From contig OZ024742.1 in NCBI GenBank assembly GCA_964016885.1, positions 317,130,001-317,194,000 of the forward strand: DNA of 64,000 bases. Reading direction: 5' to 3'. The notes beneath the pieces are model-generated. The model was not told the origin of the DNA, made no database searches, and saw only the letters and a list, made by a program, of their open reading frames with translations. Position numbers and translations under genes: made by a program. The number at the start of each line of letters is the position of its first letter. The stretch's first letter is position 1. The DNA is from Eledone cirrhosa (lineage: Eukaryota). Below are positions 54,187-64,000 of this stretch, piece after piece.

Positions 54187-54773
54187 ACGTACAGTAGTAT
54201 GTATATATATACATACACACACACATATATATATGCACGTATCGGTTTACCGAACATTTATTATAATGCTCGGTTTGTTTGTAAACAAACAAACAGCCCG
54301 AATTACGCCGTACAGTTTTTAGGCAACTACGTCACCCTTATGTTCAACACTGACAGGGGAACGATGTACTAGTTTCAAGCTTATTAGCTATCGTCAGCAT
54401 CGTATAACTTCCTGCCAGATGGTTGAACGTCTGAAAGTATATACTTTCCTTATGCATATTAACGGCTGAGCAGCCTAATTTGCATATCGAGTGAGTTTAA
54501 TCGGCCGGGCGCACCGAAAACGATACATGAAATAGAATGAAACGAAATTTAATTTCTCACTATTAGTACGGCAGTTACTTAAATGTAAGTATGCATATAT
54601 GTATACGTACATAAATATATATATACATACGTACAGTAGTATGTATATATATATACATACACGCGCACATATATATATGCACGTATCGGTTTACCGAACA
54701 TTTATTATAACGCTCGGTTAACAAACAAACAGCCCGAATTACGCCGTACAGTGTTTAGGCAACCACGTCACCT

Positions 54774-54774
<1 letters not shown>
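54187..54774 (-). mobile_element. Small non-coding partial-tandem element (period ~442 bp; direct repeats 54187-54339 and 54629-54774) containing a hammerhead; retrozyme / mini-PLE candidate
   Basis: ~150-bp direct repeat, no ORF, intact hammerhead at 54361-54403. Confidence 0.65.
54361..54403 (-). ncRNA. Minimal hammerhead ribozyme, intact
   Basis: Minus strand: acgatg-CTGACGA-t-agct aata agct-t-GAAA-ctag-TA-catcgt; 6-bp perfect stem I; ACTAGT palindrome; GUA site. Confidence 0.85.
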
Positions 54775-54805
<31 letters not shown>

Positions 54806-54940
54806 TTAGAAAGTGAGGGTTTTTTTTTACAAAATGAAAAATAAACGAGGTGGCCTACACGAGTGAAAGTATAAAGAAAAAGAGATGAAATCGAAAATGC
54901 AACTGGAGTCTTATTTTTAAATATATATATTTATTTGGTT

Positions 54941-54978
54941 CCTTTACCGGTTTCGCAGTTCTTCTGCTTTTCAAAAGG
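54941..54978 (-). ncRNA. Minimal hammerhead ribozyme, U3-A8 variant
   Basis: Minus strand: cctt-TTGAAAA-gcag aagaa ctgc-GAAA-ccgg-TA-aagg; ACCGGT palindrome; GUA site. Confidence 0.75.
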
Positions 54979-55778
54979 TGAGTTGAGATGGAGGGTCTGT
55001 GGTTTTTCTCACAATATATATATATAGGCGATAGGGCGTCGTAATAAGAAGGGCTTAGATATGTGTACCGACCCGATGTGTTCTAAGTTCAAATAACACC
55101 GAGTTCAACTTTGCTTTTCGTTCTTTCGTGGCCGATAAATAAATAATTAGTTCGATTCTTTCTCTGTCTTCTTCTCTGAAGACATGCATTCCGACCTGGA
55201 GAGTGATGGGTTTCGCTAGGAGAAAAATCGTTAGGTTACGCCATGTGTCATGGCGGTGCTCCTATGACTCTATCGGGGGTTACGAGTTCCGTACCTTAGC
55301 CACCACACTGATTGATTAGGTTGACACAAGTTTGATTATATTCCACTCCATTGTCCAATGAAATTGAGATATGTCCCTAATTTATAAAATGATGAGATTT
55401 CCATCTAAGCATTCATAATTTTTTTTTAATTGTTTTCTCTTTTCTTTAAAACAATTTTCGATGTTTGTAGATTCATTACGTAGGCGAAAGTTTGATTGAG
55501 TTCTACACACGAGCTCAAATAAAATAGAATTCTATTTGATAAAGATTTGAAATTTGCCCAAAACATGTAAATTGTTTCAGATTTTCTTGAAATTGTATTT
55601 CTATTTGTTTGAAAGCCGCAACAGTTAACGATATGTTTCTTTTTCTTTCGAAACATTTTATGTAGTTGAGATTGTTTAATTATATTATATATTATATTAT
55701 ATATTATATAGTGACACACTTCTTAACTTCTCTAAATTCTTTGGTTTACTTACTTGAATTACGATCAACTACCCCTCC

Positions 55779-55928
<150 letters not shown>

Positions 55929-56068
55929 TAATATGTGTAGAAGTAAACACGGTAAATCCCGTGTCTAAAATTACGAGGGTAGATTACACCACAAATGTTA
56001 TATATCCTTCAACCTGAATCATATGGGATGTTACAAGATTTCTTACAAGATTTCTCATACATACTATT

Positions 56069-56106
<38 letters not shown>

Positions 56107-56639
56107 TGTGTGTATATTAAAATAAATTCACTTTCAGATGCACATATACACATACACACATACACACATGCATGCATGCTTCCATACATACATACATGCA
56201 TTCATGCACGCACACATACATGGTGGCTGCTAACTCGTTTTCGAGTACGGCCACTACTTTATATCCATGTAGGAGAACCCCTACCGATGCGCTGAACGAG
56301 TGTGACTTTTTAGTCCAGCCAGCGACTTTAAAACTCTGGTACAACCACTACACTTGTGACAATTATTGACACATAGTGCTGGGCCCATGGTACCATATGA
56401 CGACAAGGGCAGAGAGATCTCCAGATATAAAGCAATGCCTGTGCCGTGAAGCTTTTATAGTGAGCAAAGGCAACGCACAAAGCCAGTCCCACTCTATTAA
56501 CCAAGATGATATTTATCAAAAAGAAGAACAAGTCAACATCATTGGATACCATCAGGGTTGCAGGTGTTATATCAGAGTTTTCCTTCTCCTAGAATTCTGC
56601 CTTGACAAAGGCTAAGGGGTCATCTCTCCCGGTGATTTT

Positions 56640-56828
56640 GGATGGCCATTGTCTCTTAAGAGCTCCTTTGCCCTTTGACAGGTTTTGTTTTTAGCCCTGC
56701 AGGATGTCCAAAGTCACCCTCCTCACCAAGAAACCTTGGTGGGGTTGCCAGTTTATTCGCCAACGACCCGACCATGAGACAGGTTGTACTGGGATACATG
56801 TTACCAGTAGCACCAACTGGTGACCTGA
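56640..56828. mobile_element. Third copy of the multi-hairpin terminal module
   Basis: caccctcctcaccaagaaaccttggtggggttgccag..cccgaccatgagacaggttgtactgggatacatgttaccagtag. Confidence 0.65.
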
Positions 56829-56850
56829 CATAAATACATACATATATACA

Positions 56851-57372
56851 CTACTGAACAACACCGGAAACTTCCACATCAACAGTGACATAGACTGCCT
56901 TTACTTGAAACGTAAGCAGGGAGGCAGAGGCCTAACAACAGTCCAGACAACATTTGAATGTCGCATCAGATCTCTCCGACAACATCTACGAACCTCGAAG
57001 CGTAGAAGCCCGTTTCTCGAGCAAGTCTATCTGCATGAAACAGATAAGATCATGAGAGTTGGGAAGGAACTCCTTGAGAGATATTCCCTGTGTGATAATC
57101 AAAAACTCACACCCAGGGATGTCGCTCAGCAGTATCGCAGTGAATCCATGGACGAAAAACTGCTTGCCTATCAGCAAAAAACATGCATGGATATGTTGCC
57201 AGGAAGCTCCAGAGTGAGAGTAATATACATAAGGAAAATAGTCTATCTTGGACCAACAACCGCTATATTGGCTCCCACTTTGAAGGATACGCTTTTGCAA
57301 TCCAGGAACAGGAGATTAGCACGAAATACCTGATTCACGAAAGATGCAGGCAAAACACCTAGATGTGATAAC
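56851..57372 (+). mobile_element. R4/Dong-like LINE fragment (post-RT region)
   Basis: LLNNTGNFHINSDIDCLYLKRKQGGRGLTTVQ..MHGY..HFEGYAFAIQEQEISTKY. Confidence 0.85.
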
Positions 57373-59965
57373 TAAATTTTGAAATATCATCCTACGCAAA
57401 TCAACATTGATTTGTCTATAGATGTGAGGGTTATGGTGACAGTAATGTCGTTTGGATAGACCTTTTATGTTTGACAGCTTGACACTATTCATGTCTCAGT
57501 TGAATCTGAAGTACTCAATGCAGCAAAACTGTATCTAGAGTAGTGCAAAGCAACTCACTTGAAATCTTGAAGACGAAGTTTTCTTTAAGAAATACATATT
57601 ATTGATAATTATCTGTCTTGATAAATATTATTTCCCTTAAAAGTATGTGTGCGCCGGTTTTATAAATCTCGGAGAAATCTTTGTGACCATTAGCTATTTT
57701 AAAGTATTTTTATAAAATGAATTTCGCATTTTTAAGAATAATGACAGCTTTATCATAAAATTTTCGAAAGGAAAAGAATGAGATTAAATGTGAAGCAGAG
57801 ATTAAGCATAGCCTTGCAGGTGCCTGAGCAGAAATAACACACTTCATATTTGCAATCAAACCACGCGCACAGAAATTCTTTTCACAATCGATATGCTGGA
57901 CGTTAGCGACACTAAACTGGAGGGTGGACAGGTTTTAATCAACCTTTAAATGTTTTTCTTCAGGTGATCGCTGACATTTGCAGCTAATATCGCACGAACA
58001 CACACTCTCTTATGGACAATACGGTGATAGCACAGAAAGATAGAAATTTGGATTCTGAAACTCCTCCTGGCAGTCAGTGACAACATAAAAATGGGAGTGC
58101 GTGACATTTCCAAACGGTTGCCATAAATCCATTAATCATTTGCATTTCCTCCAGCATAGCGATGGTTAATGTGTTGAAAATAGAAGGCACAAATACCGTT
58201 TCAGCATTAAACGTTGAATATATCAAACGTTAAACGAACACTGTCGTTCCAAAGTGGAGAGAATTTCTCATCTCAAAAAATAGATACCCAGTTACGTTTT
58301 AAGAAAGATTTTGAGTTCTTTCTATGTAAACCGATTTAATCTACTTTCAAAGTATTAATAATAATCGTCATGTCAGTTTGATATCACAACATTCTTCTCG
58401 TTATGATCATCTCTTTCTCTCTGTTTCTCTTTCCCCTCACTACTCCCCCCCCCTCTCTCTCTCTAGTTTTAGATATATTTGTTCGAAAAGTGTTGGTTTC
58501 TTTCATAAGTTGGCATACAAAGAAGGTTCAATCCTGCTTCATTGTTTAGAATTGTTGCAAAACGTTTGGATGGGCTTAGTATTGCTTCTGTGAAGAAACT
58601 TAAAGAGAGTTTCAGCCTTGAAATTCCGAGGATGAACTCAGTATTTCTCCATTCGCCATATAGAGTTTGCAATTTTGTGCATACTATGTAGCTATGATGT
58701 TATTAAATAACAAACTCATACTCAAGCATATTCATGTCATGGTGCCTTGCAGCCAATGAGCCAATTATGATAAAATTGTTGATATTTATTCAGAACTTGC
58801 TTGATTTCATCTTAATCTAATTTCACGTGAGCATTTGTCTTGGGTTTTTTTTTTCTATCTTCCCACAATATTTCGGGCGGAAAAGATTAAGGTATCAGTT
58901 ACTGTAATCAAATTTCATATAATTTGTCTCTCATAAAACTAACAGTATAGCTTTGCTTTGCTCAGGAAACACTACACTCAACGATTTCAGATAGTTTTTT
59001 TTTTGTTTGTTTTTTTTTGTTTCTGCAGTTGTTGATGTAGTTATTGGTATTGTTTTAGGTCGGGTTGGCCGTAACTGAACTGACTTTTCAACAATAGTAT
59101 TCCCGTCCTGACTGGATCTAGCAATATATTTCTAAATGTGTTTTTCCATTTACCTTTATGTAATTTGAAACTAATTTAGCTACTAATTCTAGTAGGTCTA
59201 TTTGTTACATAATGGATCTTTCATTGCTTTGGAAGACTTAAAGTTTGTTTCGTGTTTCACCTTTATATTCGATAATATTTTGTAAATGTTTCCTCATTAT
59301 TTTTCCAGTACTTGTTTCAGTTTTCTTCGATTTTAATTCCATTTCCCAACAGTTATATTTCCATTCAGTATCGAAACGTTTCATTTCGTTATACAGCTTC
59401 ACTAATATTGTTGTATGCGAGAGTCAAAATGTATTTTACATTCGGGTGATGGCTTAGCACTCGAGGGAATATTTACATTGTTTTGCCTTTTCATGATAAT
59501 TACTTTATAGGTTAATTGGCATGCTATTTACAAAATTATTTTGTGTTGTTTCGATGTCTCTATGATTGTTGTTGAAGGACCTATTCTGTCATATATACTA
59601 TTTGAATAAATAATGGAAGTGAACGAAGAATCTTCAACAAAAATCGTTATTTTAATAGATAATAACAGCTGCCGTAGAGGAGAGATCTGACCGGTCGAGA
59701 GTAAAGGGCGTTTTAAGCTTTGATCTAACCATTTCACTAAGCGTTCATCGCCGTTGGGAAATGAGTAAATATCTGAACTTTTGATATCTCTGTCTACAAA
59801 GTGTATATTGTTTGTTCATGTTAGAAATATTTGTATAACTATCATTGACATTTTTTTCCTTCATCATGCTTTACATATACGGTAGCATTATTAGTCTTGA
59901 ATATATGTTTGTATGTATATATGTATGTGTATGTGTGTATATATATATATATATATACAGTATAC

Positions 59966-60048
<83 letters not shown>

Positions 60049-60049
<1 letters not shown>

Positions 60050-60080
60050 TAGCATTAAAGCCCGGCGTTGCTCGGGGTCA
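60049..60080 (-). mobile_element. Helitron 3' terminus (5' boundary not found)
   Basis: Minus strand: hairpin cccgagc-aac-gccggg, then tttaatg-CTAG|T. Confidence 0.6.
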
Positions 60081-60347
60081 GTAAGTTACCAATGTTAGGT
60101 TGCACCACCCATTTTATGGCAGCACTTTTTTTGTCTGCCAGGCACTGGGTGAATGAATTGCAGACCTGGACTGCCGAAGCAGGAGCTGCGCCAGCAGTGA
60201 CAATTGTAGTTTCGCCTGTGGATACTATCTCTGTGCAAAGAAGTGTTAAAATTTATTGTTTCACAGTACTTGCGCAACACGCACGTAGACGATGCCAGCC
60301 AAACAACAGAGCTGCGATGGAGTTGTTCTGCATGGTTGTCTAATGTG

Positions 60348-60620
60348 TGTTTTCTAAATTTAAGACAGTAGGGAGGGGTGTGATATGGGGGAGAGTTAGC
60401 TGCTGTTTCTAGCAGGTTTAGTGACCTCATAGAGGATATGTTTTCTAAATCTAAGAAAGTAGGGAGTGGTGTGATATGGGGGAGAGTTAGCTGCTGTTTC
60501 TAGCAGGTTTAGTGACCTCATAGAGGATATGTTTTCTAAATTTAAGACAGTAGGGAGGGGTGTGATATGGGGGAGAGTTAGCTACTGTTTCTAGCAGGTT
60601 TAGTGACCTCATAGAGGATA
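60348..60620. repeat. 91-bp tandem repeat x3 derived from a dispersed repeat
   Basis: Units start at 60348, 60439 and 60530; the core gctgctgtttctagcagg also occurs near 11560, 36977 and 38618. Confidence 0.9.
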
Positions 60621-61169
60621 TTATTGTGTATAGTAAATGAACTGATACTTCTTTCCTCTACGTTCGTTGAGAGATGTTTTAAAAAAGATTTATCGCTATT
60701 TTATTTTGTTGTTGAATAAATGTATCTGTTGCTTTTGAATAATTGTTGTTTCGTATGAAATGTAATAAGTTCTCTTTGTCATTGAAGTAAATAAATGTTT
60801 GACCGTTCCACACTCAAATACAAACGTTCTCTCTCTCTCCCTCTCACTCTCTCTCTCTCTCTCTCTCTCTCTTAAAGTTTGTAAGTTTAAGCGTATATAA
60901 GAGAAAGTTGCAGCATGTATGTAGTTTTATCGAATATTAAGGGGAGTAGAGAGAGGTTATCAGATTGTATTAGAGGCTTAAAGCGTCATGTATTTAGTTT
61001 TATCGATTATTTCCGTAATTGTGGGTGAGTTTGAATGGAATAAAAAGTCGTTGACTTAAGTTAGACCATTTAGAACATTCTTACAGACATTGAGTCGAAT
61101 CAGTTTGAAATTGTGCAAATGTATAAACATGGAACATGCACACACACAACAACAATCTGCTTTTTGTAG

Positions 61170-61305
61170 ATAATTGTTTCTACTTTTGGCACAAGGCCGG
61201 CAATTACCCATTGTATTACTGGTACTTTATTTTATCGACACCGTAAGGATGAAAGGCAAAGTGAACAATGATATATATATACACATATATATATAAACAT
61301 ATATG

Positions 61306-61348
<43 letters not shown>

Positions 61349-61369
61349 CACATACATATCTGTATACCA

Positions 61370-61434
<65 letters not shown>

Positions 61435-61780
61435 TATTTTTTTGTTTTTTTTTTGTTCCTATATTCGCTTCCTACAGCTCGCTTCCACAGTCTAGCAGTC
61501 CTTTTTTTTATCGGATGTGGTAGTTACCGCTATTGCTATTACTAATACCAATGTAAGGGCGATGGATTGGGTGTATCGGTAGAGCGGCGACATCATGCTT
61601 TACAGCATAAAGTTACGCCCCTTTATATTCTGAGTTCAAATTTCGCCGAGGTTAGCTTTGCCTTTCATTCTTACGGGGTCGATTAAATAAAGCACCAGTA
61701 ATGTACTGGAGTCGATTTAATCGTCGTTCCCCTCCCTCAAAATTGCTGGCCTTGTACCTATATAAGAAACCATTATTTTG
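61170..61780. mobile_element. Two SINEs: partial (-) 61170-61264 and full (+) 61557-61780
   Basis: Family consensus. Confidence 0.85.
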
Positions 61781-61855
61781 CACTGAGATTATTGCTGGCC
61801 TTGAGCCAGGGTGTAGAAGCGATGATTATTATTATTTTCTTAGTACTATTATTAA

Positions 61856-62708
61856 CTAGCTGACGTACCCAGCTTCACCCGGGTAAACAGATGATAAGAG
61901 AAGACAGGTAACAGAGAAAATGACTGTATTGGATGTTTGTCTGGTTACAGTATGAGGTGAGTCCGTGGTGTCTGTGTGATATAAAAACAGTTAAAACAAT
62001 CTTCCAGATATACCAGATTCTTCGTTGTACCGTTTGTGCATAGTATATGAACAATTCTAGGTGCTCCCACCTAGAATAGTGACCTCTAGGAGATGGTTCA
62101 TCTTCTGTCTGATTGTAAAACGTGTATCATTGCATAGACGTGGTTGTTCCACGTTTCTCAAAAGGATGATGGGAGTTCCAATCTTTTATATTATATGTAG
62201 ATATAGATATACATAATTAATATAAAAGATGATGCTCAGCCAGTCGTCTTCAACCATCACAGCACGCCGTCGCTGCTTGGCTCCAGTGTTTCGTTGGCGT
62301 TGTTCAACCAGCTCCTCTTCATTCATGGCGGCACGTCTTCGCCTCTGAAGTTCGGCGTTCCGATGGCGCTGTTCGGCCCGTTTTTCTTCATTCCTGGCTG
62401 CACGCCGTCGCCGCTGTAATTCACTGTTTGATAAAGTCGAATTGCTTTTACTTTCTGTGGAACGCTGCACGAACGCACGCACACATAAACACACGCGCAT
62501 GTACATACACACGCACACATGGTAATAGTTACAGCGTTCACTTGGCCTCTGTTTCTTACTCTCCCCTCTCACTCCCTCATTGGCATTATGCATATTAATT
62601 TAACTTTCGCGTCGTTGAGGTGGGCGGTGTCGTTTGAAACCTATGAACCACTGATAATCGAGAATTATGACACACAGAATACTGACATTGTTGAAATTCA
62701 TATATAGA
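61856..62708 (-). mobile_element. Internally deleted Helitron with both termini
   Basis: 5' A|TCTATATAT at 62708; 3' hairpin acccggg-tgaa-gctgggt then CTAG|T at 61856; Pif1 helicase fragment KIGTPIILLRNVEQPRLCNDTR (~62115-62185); 23-aa STPR-like repeats ELQRRRRAA..EE...EQR.RN. Confidence 0.85.
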
Positions 62709-63564
62709 TGTAGGAATTTATTTACAGAGACCGGCACCACAAGGCCTTTTTTGTCGGTATCGTGACGGGTTCATTATTGGTGTTATTGTTGTTGGCACTG
62801 TTGCCGCTTCCTGCGAGATGGGGCGATGTTGCTGTTGTTGTCGTTGTTATTGTTGCTGTCATTGTCGTTAATTGTCGTTGATTGTTGTTGTAGTTGTCGT
62901 TGTCGTTGTCGTTGCTGTTGTCTTGATTATAGCTGTCAAGTGTGTATATCGCCCAATCTCAGAGTTCTGTTTATTTCTGTTGTTGTCGTCGTTGTTGTTA
63001 TTGTTGTTGTTGTTAGCTGGTCATTACTATCACTGCGACTGCAACGGCCAGTGTAGGTGATGCTGTTCGGTGTTTGCTGATATTGTTGTTGTTGTTGTTG
63101 TCTTGAATGTGGTTTTCATCAAAATGTGAATGTTACCCTCCCTCAGAGTTACATTTATTGCTTTCACTATCTGCTGGATTCTAGCTACGTATAGACTATC
63201 GTTCGATACTGGTCAACACAACACACTTGAGGGATTACTCTTTTGATAATTTATGACCCTAATTCAGTGGGGGCGGGATGCACGTGAGTTCTGATTTCGC
63301 TACTTGACACATATGAATAACACTTTGCTCCAGAAAACACGACGGCTGGGAAACCCTCTTAGAACTCATGCCTGCCAGGCGCACGAGCAGAAGGACGTGT
63401 TTTTCCTACCGGCGGCATATAACGAAATCGAATTTCATCTAAGGATACCGTTCTCATAACAACAAAAAATGCATGAATTACACCTTTATTGCATGGGAGA
63501 ACCCTTGATATAATTATACTGAATAAACGATTTATGTAACATCAGCATCTTTCTTAATGTTATT

Positions 63565-63755
63565 ATTGGATTGGCAGTATCGCTAGAGGGTCTGACGCGA
63601 TACTTTGTAGCATAGAGCTATGTCCCTTTATCGTCTGAGTTTAAATCCCGCCGAGGTTATCTTTGGCTTTCATCCTTACGGGGTCGATAAAATAAAGTAC
63701 CAGCAATGTACTGGGATAATTGCTGGCCTTGTGCCAAAAAGTAGAAACAATTATT
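63565..63755 (+). mobile_element. tRNA-derived SINE
   Basis: Family consensus. Confidence 0.9.
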
Positions 63756-64000
63756 ATACTAAATCTCCATCGTAACTACAAATTATGAATGAGAGCTTTC
63801 TCCTGCTTGCTCCTGTTTTTACCAAAACAATCTCTTCGGAACACACACACACACACACACACATATATATGTATATAGTTTTGCGAGGTGTTTGATATGA
63901 AATCGTGTGTTAGTACTATACGAACATGCCAGACAACAACACGACGGTAACATAGACAACATAGAAGTTAGAATAATATCTAAACATAGAAATGACCCAG

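Noticed and set aside
55200-55285. Minus-strand CCGATAGA...taggag/ctccta...GAAA fold
   Set aside because: Stems I and III do not form.
57950-59790. Short coding-looking stretches (58470-58650, 59528-59780)
   Set aside because: No recognisable domain and no consistent strand or splice phase.

Overview
AT-rich, repeat-dense animal genomic DNA. The SINE families, long (TA)n tracts and TE spectrum look like an octopus/cephalopod genome; this is inferred, not verified. No intact host gene is recognisable, only a weak exon-like cluster at ~37.7-38.9 kb on the minus strand. The window holds at least four families of Penelope-like retroelements (PLEs, RT + GIY-YIG), CR1-group, R4/Dong-like and RTE LINE fragments, many tRNA-derived SINEs, hAT and Tc1/mariner MITEs, a Helitron derivative and a probable solo LTR. 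The main signal is about 15 hammerhead ribozyme (HHR) motifs read by eye in PLE terminal repeats: minimal forms with palindromic stem III, U3-A8 core variants, and forms with a very long stem II. In one PLE lineage the long stem II has the layout of a type II SECIS (AUGA-N12-AA-ministem-GA), and the related remnant at ~30.5-31.2 kb has in-frame TGA codons at two conserved Cys positions. This suggests a selenocysteine-recoding retroelement whose SECIS is built into its ribozyme. All RNA structures were paired by hand and need computational and biochemical confirmation.
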